Origin: an uncultured Thermoleophilia bacterium
GTDB lineage: Bacteria; Actinomycetota; Thermoleophilia; UBA2241
Direction: 5' to 3'
NCBI GenBank assembly: GCA_963705085.1
Contig: CAVPIV010000003.1
Coordinates: 343,729 to 407,728, forward strand
Length of the DNA stretch: 64,000 nucleotides
Of the stretch, positions 27,066-36,754 are shown one piece after another (position 1 is the stretch's first letter; the number at the start of each line of letters is the position of its first letter). The notes below the pieces were generated by a model. It had not been told where the DNA came from and did no database searches. It saw only the letters and a program-made list of their open reading frames with translations. Position numbers and translations under genes: made by a program.

Positions 27066-27814
27066 GATTCCTCTCCTTCACCGCGCCATGCGCCAAGGTA
27101 GATGGTGCGCACGGACTCGTCGGCGAGCAGGTCGCCGGCCGAGCCTTCGAGAACGACGCGGCCCGTTCGCATGACGTAGCCGCGATCCGCGTGCTTGAGC
27201 GCCAGGCGGGCGTCCTGCTCGACCAGCAGGATGGTGACGCCCTGGGCGCGCAACTCCTCCAGGACTGAGAAGATCTCGGCGATGACTTTCGGCGCCAAAC
27301 CGAGCGACGGCTCGTCCAGCAGCAGGAGGCGGGGCCGCGACATGAGGGCGCGGCCGACGGCCAGCATCTGCTGCTCGCCGCCGGAGAGCGTCTCGGCCGG
27401 TTGCGCCGAGCGCTCCTCAAGCACCGGGAACAGGTGGTGGACGCGCGCCAGCCCCTCAACGATCGCCGCGCGCCGGTCGCGCCCTGTGCCATATGCGCCG
27501 AGCTCGAGGTTCTCGCGGACCGTCATGGAGCCGAAGAGCAGGCGGCCTTCGGGAACGAGGGCGAGGCCATGACGTACCATGCGCTCCGGTCGCGGGTGAG
27601 CGACGGTCGTCCCGTGGTACGTGATCTTGCCGCGGCGCGAAGTGACGAGCCCCACGATGGCCTTGAGCAGCGTCGACTTGCCGGCGCCGTTGGCGCCGAT
27701 CACAGTCACGAGCTCGCCCTCGCCGACGGCCAGGCCGATGCCGTGCAGCACCTCGACCCGCCCGTAGCCGGCGTGCACGTCCTCCATGAGGAGCATAGGG
27801 GACGACTCAGCCAA
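27062..27814 (-). CDS. livF: Branched-chain amino acid-type ABC transporter ATP-binding protein (LivF-like)
   Basis: Walker A GANGAGKST, signature LSGGEQQML; 250 aa. Confidence 0.85.
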   Translation of the reverse strand: MAESSPMLLMEDVHAGYGRVEVLHGIGLAVGEGELVTVIGANGAGKSTLLKAIVGLVTSRRGKITYHGTTVAHPRPERMVRHGLALVPEGRLLFGSMTVRENLELGAYGTGRDRRAAIVEGLARVHHLFPVLEERSAQPAETLSGGEQQMLAVGRALMSRPRLLLLDEPSLGLAPKVIAEIFSVLEELRAQGVTILLVEQDARLALKHADRGYVMRTGRVVLEGSAGDLLADESVRTIYLGAWRGEGEES

Positions 27815-28580
27815 GGTCGTCGGCCTCTTCTCCGAGATACGCGGCGATCACGGCCGGGTCCTTCTGGATCATGCGCGGCGGTCCTTCGGCTATCTTGCGC
27901 CCGCGATCGAGGACCACGATCTCGTCCGACACGTCCATGACCAGGCCCATGTCATGCTCGACGATGACCACGGTGATGCCGGTGTCTCTGACGCGGAACA
28001 GCGTCTGGACCAGCTCGTGGGTCTCGGGGGCGTTGAGCCCCGCCGCCGGCTCGTCAAGCAGCAGCAGGCGGGGCCTGGTGGCGAGCGCCCGGGCGATCTC
28101 GACGAGCCGGCGGATGCCGGCCGGGAGATCGGCGGCCGGGGTGTCGGACCACTCCTCGATGCCGATGAGGCGCAGCAGGCGGCCGGCCTCGTCGCGCGCC
28201 TCCCGATCCTCGGAGCGAGCCATGGGGAGGCGCAGCATGGCCGTCGTGAAGCCGCGCCCCTGGTGGGCTTGGCGGCCGACCATGACGTTCTCGGCCGCCG
28301 TCATCTCTTCAAAGAGCTGGGTGTTCTGGAAGGTGCGCGCCACTCCCGCGCGCACCGTGTCGCGGGGCCGGCGCCCGACCAGCTCGGCGCCGTCGAAAAG
28401 GACTGAGCCGTGGTCCGGTCTGTCGAAGCCGGTCAGCGAGTTGAAGAGCGTGGACTTGCCGGCGCCGTTGGGGCCGATCAGCGCCTTGATGGTCCCTTCG
28501 TGGACGTCGAAGCTCACGTCGTCGACGGCCGTCAGGCCGCCGAAACGCTTGGTGAGGCTGCGCACCTGGAGAAGGGTCAC
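27807..28580 (-). CDS. livG: ABC transporter ATP-binding protein (LivG-like)
   Basis: GPNGAGKST, LLLDEPAAG; 257 aa. Confidence 0.85.
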   Translation of the reverse strand: MTLLQVRSLTKRFGGLTAVDDVSFDVHEGTIKALIGPNGAGKSTLFNSLTGFDRPDHGSVLFDGAELVGRRPRDTVRAGVARTFQNTQLFEEMTAAENVMVGRQAHQGRGFTTAMLRLPMARSEDREARDEAGRLLRLIGIEEWSDTPAADLPAGIRRLVEIARALATRPRLLLLDEPAAGLNAPETHELVQTLFRVRDTGITVVIVEHDMGLVMDVSDEIVVLDRGRKIAEGPPRMIQKDPAVIAAYLGEEADDLG

Positions 28581-29554
28581 GCCACACCCTTTCCGCCGCG
28601 CCGTCGCCAGAGGCTGGCGATCCCCCCCGGCGCGAGCACGACCACCAGCACGATGGCGAGGCCGTAGATGTCCTCCTGGTAGGACTGGAGGGTCTGTGCC
28701 GTCGTCCGGGGGATGCCGGGGATGAGCGCATCGAGGTACTGCACCAGTGTGAGCAGCGCCGCCGCGGCGAGAGGCCCGGCGAGCGAGCCGGTGCCGCCCA
28801 GCACCGTCATCGCCAGAAAGGCGATTGAGGCCGTCAGTGTGAAGACGCTCGGGGACACGAAGCCGACGACGCTCGCGTAGAGGGCCCCGGCGAGCCCGGC
28901 GAGCAGGGCGCTCAGCACGAACGTGCGGACCTTGACGCCGACGATGTCGACGCCGCAGGCCTGGGCGCCGAGGGCGCTGCCGTGCAGCGCTCTCATGGCT
29001 CGGCCGGGGCGCAGCGACGTGATGTTGTACGCGATCACCAGCGCCATGCCCACCGTGATCCAGACGAGCCAGTAGAGGGTGGGCGCCGTACGGACCTCGA
29101 AGGGGCCGAGGGCGGGGAACGGGATCCCGCCGAAGCCGTCGACGCCGCCGGTGATGAACTCAGCCTCGACGAAGCCCAGCGACATGAGAAGCCCGAAGCT
29201 GAGGGTCGCCATGGCCAGGTAGTGGCCCTTGAGGCGAAGGCTGGGCAGCGCCAGCACGAGCCCCCCCAAGGCCGCCAGGACGCCGGCCAGGGCGAAGGCG
29301 GCCAGCCACGGCCAACCGAGCTCCTTGGTGCAATAGGCGCACGTATATGCCCCGACGCCGACGAAGGCTGCGTGCCCCAGAGACACCTGACCCGCATAGC
29401 CGAAGAGGAGCGCCAGGCCGGTGACGACCAGCGCGTTGATGCCGGCGAAGGTGAAGATCTTGAGCAGGAAGCGGTCGCTCACGACCAGCGGCACGGCCAG
29501 GACGAGTATGGCCGCCACCAAGGGCGCCAGCATCCTGATGGTTCGGCCGGCCAT
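28577..29554 (-). CDS. livM: ABC transporter permease (LivM-like)
   Basis: Start MAGRTIRML at 29554-29552 overlaps the livH stop (ATGA). The longer upstream ORF extension is rejected. Polytopic. Confidence 0.8.
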   Translation of the reverse strand: MAGRTIRMLAPLVAAILVLAVPLVVSDRFLLKIFTFAGINALVVTGLALLFGYAGQVSLGHAAFVGVGAYTCAYCTKELGWPWLAAFALAGVLAALGGLVLALPSLRLKGHYLAMATLSFGLLMSLGFVEAEFITGGVDGFGGIPFPALGPFEVRTAPTLYWLVWITVGMALVIAYNITSLRPGRAMRALHGSALGAQACGVDIVGVKVRTFVLSALLAGLAGALYASVVGFVSPSVFTLTASIAFLAMTVLGGTGSLAGPLAAAALLTLVQYLDALIPGIPRTTAQTLQSYQEDIYGLAIVLVVVLAPGGIASLWRRRGGKGVA

Positions 29555-30426
29555 CAGACCTTGACCCTCCCTGACCCCCCGAAGAGCCCCTGCGGGCGCA
29601 CGAAGAGGACGACGAGCAAGACGACCAGCGCCACCGCGTCCTTGTACACAGGATTGAGATAGCCGGCCGCGAGGGCCTCGAGGAGTCCGAGGATGAGCCC
29701 GCCGGCGACGGCGGCGACGGGGTTGCCCAGCCCGCCGAGGATCGCCGCCGCGAAGCCCTTGACGGCGGTCCCGGCGCCGACGTTGAAGGCGGTCTGGGTG
29801 AGAGGGGCGACCGCCAGGCCGCCGAGCGCGCCGAGGGCGGCGGCCAGGGCGAACGAGGCGGTGACCATCATCTGGGCGTCGATGCCGACGAGACGGGCGG
29901 CGTCGGGGCGGATCGACGTGGCCCGCATGGCCCTGCCGAAGGTCGTCCTGCGATAGAGCAACGCCAGGACGACGACGGCGGCCGCCGTGAGGAGCCAGAT
30001 CCACACCGTCTGCCGCTCGATGGCGGCGCCGAGCAGCTTGATGGATGCGCCCTCGGTGAACGGCGCCAGAGGCTGCTCGTCCGGTCCGAAGAGGTGGAGC
30101 GCAAGCTGTCGCAGCACGACGGCGCCCCCGATCGTCACCATGATGACGCGCAAGGGATCGCCGCCGGCGATGGGTCGCACGGCGAGAAGCTCGAAGACCG
30201 CCCCGATGGCGGCGGTGGCGGCGATCGCCGCCACCGCCGCCAGAGGCAGCGGCAAGCCAAGGTTCGCGAAGAACACGCCGAGCATGCCTCCGAGCATGAA
30301 GAACTCGCCCTGCGCGAAGTTGATCGCGCCGGTTGCTGCGTACACGATCGTGAAGCCGAGCGCCACGAGCGCGTAGATCGAGCCGTTCTTCAGACCCGCG
30401 ATGAGGAATTGCAGCAGCGCGTCCAT
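29554..30426 (-). CDS. livH: ABC transporter permease (LivH-like)
   Basis: 290 aa; MDALLQFLIAGLKNGSIYALVALGFTIVYAATG... Confidence 0.85.
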   Translation of the reverse strand: MDALLQFLIAGLKNGSIYALVALGFTIVYAATGAINFAQGEFFMLGGMLGVFFANLGLPLPLAAVAAIAATAAIGAVFELLAVRPIAGGDPLRVIMVTIGGAVVLRQLALHLFGPDEQPLAPFTEGASIKLLGAAIERQTVWIWLLTAAAVVVLALLYRRTTFGRAMRATSIRPDAARLVGIDAQMMVTASFALAAALGALGGLAVAPLTQTAFNVGAGTAVKGFAAAILGGLGNPVAAVAGGLILGLLEALAAGYLNPVYKDAVALVVLLVVLFVRPQGLFGGSGRVKV

Positions 30427-30480
30427 CTCTCCGGCCTCAGACGTGCAAGGCCGGGCCGGCGCTGTTGGTCCTGCCGACCG

Positions 30481-31671
30481 TCACTTGACGGTCACCCACT
30501 CGCCCCCCTGGATCTTGTACAGCGCCAGGTCGTCGGCGGTGAGACCGTTGTGGTCGGTCGCCGAGAACGTGAAGGAGCCGCCGAACCCGGTGAGGTCGGC
30601 GGTCTGCTCGATAGCGTCGCGCAGTTGCTCGGCGGATGGGTTGTCTCCGGCCCGTTCGAGCGCGTCGGCGAGGATCGTCACGGCGTCGAAGGCGTGGCCG
30701 GCGAAGATGTCCGGCGCCTGGCCGTACGCCTGCTCGTAGCGGTCGGCGAAGTCGGACACGACCGTGAACTGCTCCGTGCCCTCGCCCCAGTTGCTCGGTA
30801 TAAGGCTCTTGCCGGTGCCGAAGACGAAGCCTTCGGCCGCCTCGCCCGCGCCCGCCGCGAACTCACTGCGGGCCTGGCCCGACCCGCCGTACAGCGGCTG
30901 TTCGAGGCCGAGGTCCGCGGTGTTCTTGACCACGATCGCGGCTTCCTTGCCGGCGGTCCAGAGCAGGATAGCCTCGGCGTCCGTGCCCTTGATCTTGGTG
31001 AGCTGCGCCGTCATGTCCGTGTCGCCCGGGTTGAAGGTCTGGTCCGCGACGATGTCGAGGCCGAGCTTCGGCGCCTCCGCCTTGATCACCGCAAGACCGT
31101 CCTTGCCGTAGCCGCCCGTATCGCTGACGACGGCGATCCTGGTGAGCCCGTCGCTCTTGATCGCGGTCAGGACGAAGGGAACGACGAGCGTGTTCGACCA
31201 CGGCGTCTGGAACACCAGCGGGTCGAACTCACCGGTGACAACCGTGCCGCCGGCCATCGAGATCTGCGGGATGCCGGCGCGGTCGACGTCGCCGCGCATC
31301 GCCATCGTCTGGCCGGTGCCGCTCGCGCCGAGGAGAGCGATCACGCCCTCCTGCTCGATCAGCTTCGTCGTCGCGGCGACGGCCTTGGCCTCGTCGGTGG
31401 CGTCGTCCTCAATCAGAACCTCGAGCTGGCGCCCGTTGACGCCCCCAGCGTCGTTGATGCGCTTGACCTCGAGTTCGATGGCCTGCTTCTCGGCGGCGCC
31501 CAGGGCCGCGTACGTGCCCGTGAGCGAGAGAACGGCTCCGATCTTGTAGGAATCGGCTGTGGGACTTGTGCTGGAGCTGCTGCCGGTGTCGGACGACGAC
31601 CCGCATGCCGCCGCGGCAAGCACCAGAGCAACGACCGCGGCGAACAGCGCCACTCTGCGTAGTGCGAACAT
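30481..31671 (-). CDS. ABC transporter substrate-binding lipoprotein (Liv/aromatic acid SBP family), copy 1
   Basis: Signal peptide + lipobox (LAAAACGSSS). Type I periplasmic binding fold: KIGAVLSLTGTYAALG... Confidence 0.8.
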   Translation of the reverse strand: MFALRRVALFAAVVALVLAAAACGSSSDTGSSSSTSPTADSYKIGAVLSLTGTYAALGAAEKQAIELEVKRINDAGGVNGRQLEVLIEDDATDEAKAVAATTKLIEQEGVIALLGASGTGQTMAMRGDVDRAGIPQISMAGGTVVTGEFDPLVFQTPWSNTLVVPFVLTAIKSDGLTRIAVVSDTGGYGKDGLAVIKAEAPKLGLDIVADQTFNPGDTDMTAQLTKIKGTDAEAILLWTAGKEAAIVVKNTADLGLEQPLYGGSGQARSEFAAGAGEAAEGFVFGTGKSLIPSNWGEGTEQFTVVSDFADRYEQAYGQAPDIFAGHAFDAVTILADALERAGDNPSAEQLRDAIEQTADLTGFGGSFTFSATDHNGLTADDLALYKIQGGEWVTVK

Positions 31672-31741
31672 CAGGTCACTCCCCCCTTGGAACAGTGTGC
31701 GGCCCTCCGAGCCGTGCGGGCTCGGAGGGCCGCTGAATGCG

Positions 31742-32956
31742 TTACTGCGCTGTCTGCCACTTGCCGTTCTTGATCTCGTACATCACCAGGTCCTTCTGGC
31801 TGAGACCGTTGTGGTCGGTCGCGGACATGTTGAACGTGCCCCCGATGCCGATGAACCCGGCGGTCTTCTCAATCTCGTCGCGGAGTGCGGCCGGGGTGAG
31901 ATCGCCCTGGACGCGCCCGGCCGCCTCGGTGATCAGGTAGAGCGCGTCGTAGGCGTGGCCAGCGAACGTGCTCGGCGCCGCGCCGTAGGCCGCCTGGTAG
32001 CGATCCACGAACTCGGTCGCCACCGTGTACTCCTCGGTCCCCATGCCGTAGGTCTCGGGGAGGAGGATCTTGCCAGCCGCGAACTTGACGCCCTCGGCGG
32101 CGCTCCCGGCGCCGTCGATGAACTCCTGACGGGCGATGCCGTGGCTGCCGTAGAGAGGAATGTCCATCGCCAGGTCCTGCATGTTCTTGGCGATGATGGC
32201 GGCTTCCTTGCCGGCGGTCCACATCACCACGGCCTGCGCATCGGTGCCTTTGATCTTGGTGAGCTGCGCCGTCATGTCGGTGTCGCCGGGGTTGAACGTC
32301 TCGTTGGCCACGATCTTGATGCCGGCCTTGGGAGCCTCGGCCGTGAGGACCGCCACGCCGTCCTTGCCGAAGCCGCCGCTGTCGCTGATGACGCCGATCT
32401 TGGTGATGTCCTGGCTCTTCACGTAGTCGAGGGTGAAGGGCACCACGATCAGGTTGGACCAGGGGGTGGCGAACACGAGCGGGTCGACCGGGCTGGTGAC
32501 CACGGTGCCGCCGGCCATCGAGACCTGCGGGATGGCGGCGCGCTGCACGTCGCCGCGCATTGCCATCGTCTGACCGGTGCCGGTGGCGCCAATGATGGCG
32601 ATCACGCCGTCCTGCTCGATCAGCTTGCTGGTCGCGGCGACCGCCTTGGCCTCGTCGGTGGCGTCGTCTTCGTAGATGACCTCGATCTGCTTGCCGTTGA
32701 CGCCGCCGGCCTCGTTGATCCGCGCGACTTCCATCTCGAGGGCGTTCTTCTCAGGCTGGCCGAGGCCCGCGTACGTCCCGGTGAGGGAAACGACGGCCCC
32801 GATCTTGATCATCTCGCCGCCGGCCGCCGACGCACTGCTGCTCGGGGTGCTCGTAGATGACGAGCTCCCCCCGCAAGCGGCAATCGTGATCGCTAGCGCT
32901 ACGGCCATGGCCGCCGCGAGCACCGCCATCGCGAGTCTCAGTCTACGTCCACGCAT
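31742..32956 (-). CDS. ABC transporter substrate-binding lipoprotein, copy 2 (paralog of 30481..31671)
   Basis: AITIAACGGSSS lipobox; KIGAVVSLTGTYAGLG...; nearly collinear with copy 1. Confidence 0.8.
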   Translation of the reverse strand: MRGRRLRLAMAVLAAAMAVALAITIAACGGSSSSTSTPSSSASAAGGEMIKIGAVVSLTGTYAGLGQPEKNALEMEVARINEAGGVNGKQIEVIYEDDATDEAKAVAATSKLIEQDGVIAIIGATGTGQTMAMRGDVQRAAIPQVSMAGGTVVTSPVDPLVFATPWSNLIVVPFTLDYVKSQDITKIGVISDSGGFGKDGVAVLTAEAPKAGIKIVANETFNPGDTDMTAQLTKIKGTDAQAVVMWTAGKEAAIIAKNMQDLAMDIPLYGSHGIARQEFIDGAGSAAEGVKFAAGKILLPETYGMGTEEYTVATEFVDRYQAAYGAAPSTFAGHAYDALYLITEAAGRVQGDLTPAALRDEIEKTAGFIGIGGTFNMSATDHNGLSQKDLVMYEIKNGKWQTAQ

Positions 32957-32998
32957 CGTGCCTACCTCCGTCCTGGTTGCGCGCGCATCCCGACCGGC

Positions 32999-33415
32999 TC
33001 AGATGCGCGCAATCTGTTCTTGAGTGACGAGCGCGACCTGCTGGTCCCTGAGAAGGGAGACAGCCCGGTCGATGTCGGCGACATTGATGACCACGTAGGT
33101 CGAGATCAGGGAGTACACGTACTCGATGTTCACGCCGGCGTCCGAGACTCGCCTGAGGACGGCGGCGAGCCCGCCAAGCTCGTCGGGCAGGCAGATGCAG
33201 ATGACTTCGGACGTCTTGACGGTGAAGCCGGCCTGAGCCAGGGCGTCGCGCCCGCGCGAGGGATCGTCCACCACGACGCGCACGATGCCGAAGCCGGCGG
33301 TGTCCGAGACGGAGAAGCCCCGGATGTTGACGCCTGCCGCCCCGAGCGCTTCGCTGACCTCGGTCAGGCGCCCCGCCTTGTTCTCGATGAAGACGCTCAG
33401 CTGCTGCACGTTCAC
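32999..33415 (-). CDS. ACT-domain protein (paralog of 4040..4453), first gene of the PaaK/Liv operon
   Basis: VFIENKAGRLTEVSEALGAAGVNIRGF ... LPDELGGLAAVLRRVSDAGVNIEY. Confidence 0.8.
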   Translation of the reverse strand: MNVQQLSVFIENKAGRLTEVSEALGAAGVNIRGFSVSDTAGFGIVRVVVDDPSRGRDALAQAGFTVKTSEVICICLPDELGGLAAVLRRVSDAGVNIEYVYSLISTYVVINVADIDRAVSLLRDQQVALVTQEQIARI

Positions 33416-33698
33416 GGGTGGACCGCCTCCTCACACGCGCCGCGGGTGGCCAGCCTTCGGGGGAAAGGGGCGGCTGCGCGAGTCTGGGCGTCCGCAACTC
33501 GAGCGCGCGGCGCGGGGGGCGCCTCGCCGGAGATCAGGACGCGCACTCACGCAGTCATCCTTCCGTCGCGACGGGTACACGCCCCGGGGCGGGCGCCCGG
33601 GGTGTGGCGGATGTTATCACACGCACGCGCGGGAGCGTTCTGGGAGGCGGGACGAGGCCTGGGGTCGAGCTGCGTGAGGATGCACGGTGAGCGGGGGG

Positions 33699-33774
33699 TG
33701 GTAGCGCATACGGGATTTGAACCCGTGCTACCGCCGTGAGAGGGCGGCGTCCTAGGCCCCTAGACGAATGCGCC
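33699..33774 (-). tRNA. tRNA-Glu (anticodon CUC), CCA encoded
   Basis: Minus-strand GGCGCATTCGTCTAGGGGCCTAGGACGCCGCCCTCTCACGGCGGTAGCACGGGTTCAAATCCCGTATGCGCTACCA. Cloverleaf has 7-bp acceptor and 5-bp anticodon stem; loop CTCTCAC gives anticodon CTC; T-loop GGTTCAAATCC. Confidence 0.85.
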
Positions 33775-33874
33775 ACGCAAACCGAGCTGCCGCCGGGTCG
33801 CGAACGAGCCTGCACCTGCAGCGGCTCACAAGGCTAGCACACCGGGGCGGAACGGCAAACCCGTCGCGGCTGGT

Positions 33875-35059
33875 ATGCTTCCCCGTGCCGGCCACCGGCC
33901 ACATGGAGGGCACGCATGCGTCGTCGTGTCGCCCGGCACGATCACAGCAGGGAGACCGTCATCACCCCGGGGGCCTGTCGAGCGGGCGGGAGGGCCGGGG
34001 GCTGCGCCCCCGCGGGACCCGTCGGCCGCACTGGCTTCGACGGCCGCCGGCGCAGGACAACGGCCGCCTCCTTCGCGCTCGTCCTCGTCTGTGGCCCTGG
34101 CGGCGACGCAGGTCGTCGCGCCCGACAGGGCCGCCGCTCAGGCGCTCGACGCTTCGAGCCGGGCCGCGGAGCTCGCGCAGGCCGATCCGCGTGTCGCGGC
34201 GGTGCTTGCCGGCGCCGACTACCAGACGGAGACCACGGCCTGGGGAGGCGGCGACGGCCCAGTCGGCGCGACGGTGATCTACACGTGGCCGGCGCCCGAC
34301 GCGCGCTCCGTGTCCGCCGTCTGGCCGCTGCTGCACACCGGCAGCAGCGGCGCGCCGGCTCCTCCCTACGATCCGGTAGAGCACCGCCTGCGTGTCGAGG
34401 ACCTCACGAGCCTCAGAGTGGATGTGCTGCTGGATGATGGCCGCGTCGTGCAGATCCGTCCACTGGCCGCGGAGACCACGTACGTGCTGCGTGAGGAGAC
34501 GTGGCCGCCCTTCTCCGGGATGCCGTGGCTGACCGCGCGACCATGGGTGATCGCTCCGCTCTTCGTGATCGCCGCCATCTGGATCATCGGCTGGGCCTGG
34601 CGCAGATCGCGTGCCTGGAATCGCCGGCTGCCGTCGATGACGCGGCACGATCGCCAATTCATCGTTCGCCTGAGCGTGATCCTGTTCCTCGTCGCCAGCA
34701 TCGCCTGGATGGTGTACGAGAGCGTCGTCGCCGCCCGCTCGCCTTCGGTCGACATCGGCGGGTTCGGCGCCGGCGATCTCGCGGCACTGCCGAGCCTCCT
34801 GTTTCCCCCGGCGCTGTTCTTCGCGGCGCTGGCCCTGGAGTTCAGCCCGGGCGCTCACCGCGGGGCGTGGGGCCTGGTCGCACTCCTCGCGGGGTGCGGC
34901 AGCATCTACTTTCTGGCCGCGGCGACGACCGGCACCGCGGGCAACCTCAACATCAGCTCCTACATCCTGCTCGGCGTGCTCGCGCTCCTGACGGCTCCCC
35001 GCGCCTTCTCCCGGGGGCGGATGGGCTGGAGCCGGCAGGGGATGTCGCGGTACGCCTGA
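33875..35059 (+). CDS. Hypothetical membrane protein (start/5' frame uncertain)
   Basis: Long ORF; Ala/Pro-rich N-terminus then several TM helices (PLFVIAAIWIIGWAW, FIVRLSVILFLVASIAWMVY, ...). A frameshift in the 5' part is possible. Confidence 0.4.
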   Translation: MLPRAGHRPHGGHACVVVSPGTITAGRPSSPRGPVERAGGPGAAPPRDPSAALASTAAGAGQRPPPSRSSSSVALAATQVVAPDRAAAQALDASSRAAELAQADPRVAAVLAGADYQTETTAWGGGDGPVGATVIYTWPAPDARSVSAVWPLLHTGSSGAPAPPYDPVEHRLRVEDLTSLRVDVLLDDGRVVQIRPLAAETTYVLREETWPPFSGMPWLTARPWVIAPLFVIAAIWIIGWAWRRSRAWNRRLPSMTRHDRQFIVRLSVILFLVASIAWMVYESVVAARSPSVDIGGFGAGDLAALPSLLFPPALFFAALALEFSPGAHRGAWGLVALLAGCGSIYFLAAATTGTAGNLNISSYILLGVLALLTAPRAFSRGRMGWSRQGMSRYA

Positions 35060-35084
35060 CGGCTCAGGCGGCCCGTCCGGCTCG

Positions 35085-35459
35085 TCAGCGCTCGATCAGC
35101 TCCACGGCGTTGCCGTCCGGGTCGGCGACGAAGGCGATTCTCGGTCCGGTTTCCTCGAGCAGGTACGGCTCGCGCAGGACGCTGCCGCCGGCCGCCGTCA
35201 CCGCCGGCAGCACGGCGTCGATGCGGTCCACCTCGAAGGCGAAGTGCCCGAAGCGCTCACCACCCTCGTAGGCGTCGTCTCTGCCCCAGTTGTACACGAG
35301 CTCGATCGCGAAGTTGCCCTGCGGAGGCTCGACGAACGCGAGGGTCGCCTTGCCCTTCGTCAGCTCCTTGGTGCGGCTCACGCGCATGCCGAGAGCCGCA
35401 TAGAAGGCGATGGCCTGATCCAGATCCTTGGTGCGGGTCGCGACGTGCACGAACTTCAT
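35085..35459 (-). CDS. VOC family protein (glyoxalase I / lactoylglutathione lyase-like)
   Basis: 124 aa; MKFVHVATRTKDLDQAIAFY...HFAFEVD...FVADPDGNAVELIE. Confidence 0.8.
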   Translation of the reverse strand: MKFVHVATRTKDLDQAIAFYAALGMRVSRTKELTKGKATLAFVEPPQGNFAIELVYNWGRDDAYEGGERFGHFAFEVDRIDAVLPAVTAAGGSVLREPYLLEETGPRIAFVADPDGNAVELIER

Positions 35460-35482
35460 TGGACCTCCGCTATACTCGGGCC

Positions 35483-36025
35483 ATGTCCATCACGGCGTTT
35501 GGCGACAGGATTCCCGTTTTCGGCCGCGATGCCTTCGTCCACCCGGATGCGTCGGTCATCGGCGACGTCGTCCTGGGGGACGGCGCCAGCCTGTGGCCGG
35601 GCGCCGTCCTGCGCGGCGACCTGGAGGGCATCGTCATCGGCGCGCACACCAGTGTGCAAGACAACTGCGTGGGCCACACCGATCACGGTCACCCGCTGGT
35701 CGTCGGATCCGACACCGTGATCGGGCACGGCGTCATCCTGCACGGCGCCGGCGTCGGGGCGCGCTGTCTCGTCGGGATGGGCAGCATCCTCCTGAATGGC
35801 TGCGAGATCGGCGACGAGTGCGTCGTCGGCGCCGGGGCGCTGGTCACGCAGGGCAAGCGCTTCCCGGCGCGCAGTCTGATCGTCGGCTCGCCGGCCAAGG
35901 TGCTGCGCGAGGTCACCGACGAGGATCTGGCGGTGCGCGTGTCGCTGCGCGACATGTACGCGGAGCTCTCGCGGCGGTACGCGGAGCTCGGTCTGGGCGC
36001 CGACCTGGCGGCGTTCCGCCGCTGA
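35483..36025 (+). CDS. Gamma-class carbonic anhydrase / hexapeptide-repeat protein (PaaY/CaiE family)
   Basis: Start at ATG 35483 (MSITAFGD). Left-handed beta-helix hexapeptide repeats with His ligands (GHTDHGHP). Confidence 0.8.
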   Translation: MSITAFGDRIPVFGRDAFVHPDASVIGDVVLGDGASLWPGAVLRGDLEGIVIGAHTSVQDNCVGHTDHGHPLVVGSDTVIGHGVILHGAGVGARCLVGMGSILLNGCEIGDECVVGAGALVTQGKRFPARSLIVGSPAKVLREVTDEDLAVRVSLRDMYAELSRRYAELGLGADLAAFRR

Positions 36026-36050
36026 TCGCCGGCGCCACTCCGAGGCGGCT

Positions 36051-36629
36051 ATGAACGAATCCGAAGGCACCTTCTTCGCGTCGGATCGGCAGACGTGGCG
36101 CGCGTGGCTGCAGGAGCATCACGCCACCTCAGGAGCAGTCTGGTTGGTGCTGAAGAAGAAGGGCGTCGCGGAGTCGGGCGTCACCTACGATGATGCAGTC
36201 GAGGAAGCGCTGTGCTTCGGGTGGATCGACAGTCAGGGGCGTCGCATCGACGAGCGCACGCACAAGCTTCGTTTCTCCCGCAGAAAGCCGGACAGCGTCT
36301 GGGCGGATTCCAACAAGGCCCGCGTCGAGAAGCTGATCGCCGCGGGCCTGATGACGGAGGCCGGTATGGCGGTCGTGCGGGCCGCCAAGGAGCGCGGCAC
36401 CTGGGACGCGGGCAGCGACCGGCGGCTGGACGAGACGCCGCCGGACCTCGAAGAGGCGCTGGCGTCGTCGCCTGCGGCAGCGGAGCGCTGGCGCAGATGG
36501 GCCCCAAGTCACCGCCGCCAGTACGTGTCCTGGGTGCTAGATGCCAAGCGGCCCGAGACGAGGTCGCGCCGGATCGCCGAGACGGTGCGCCGCGCGGCCG
36601 GCGGCCTACGGCCGGGCGAGCCCGGCTGA
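36051..36629 (+). CDS. YdeI/OmpD-associated family protein
   Basis: 192 aa; WRAWLQEHHATSGAVWLVLKKKG...FGWIDSQ...; C-terminal ...YVSWVLDAKRPETRSRRI. Confidence 0.6.
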   Translation: MNESEGTFFASDRQTWRAWLQEHHATSGAVWLVLKKKGVAESGVTYDDAVEEALCFGWIDSQGRRIDERTHKLRFSRRKPDSVWADSNKARVEKLIAAGLMTEAGMAVVRAAKERGTWDAGSDRRLDETPPDLEEALASSPAAAERWRRWAPSHRRQYVSWVLDAKRPETRSRRIAETVRRAAGGLRPGEPG

Positions 36630-36754
36630 CCGGCGGTCGCGGCGGATCGCTGCTCGGGCCCTCGCCATCGGCGCCGCGGTGCCGTCGTGGGGGCGTGCTG
36701 GTAGCATGAGCGGAGACGCAGCGGGTGGGCCGTCGCCGGCCCAGAGGAGGGCCA

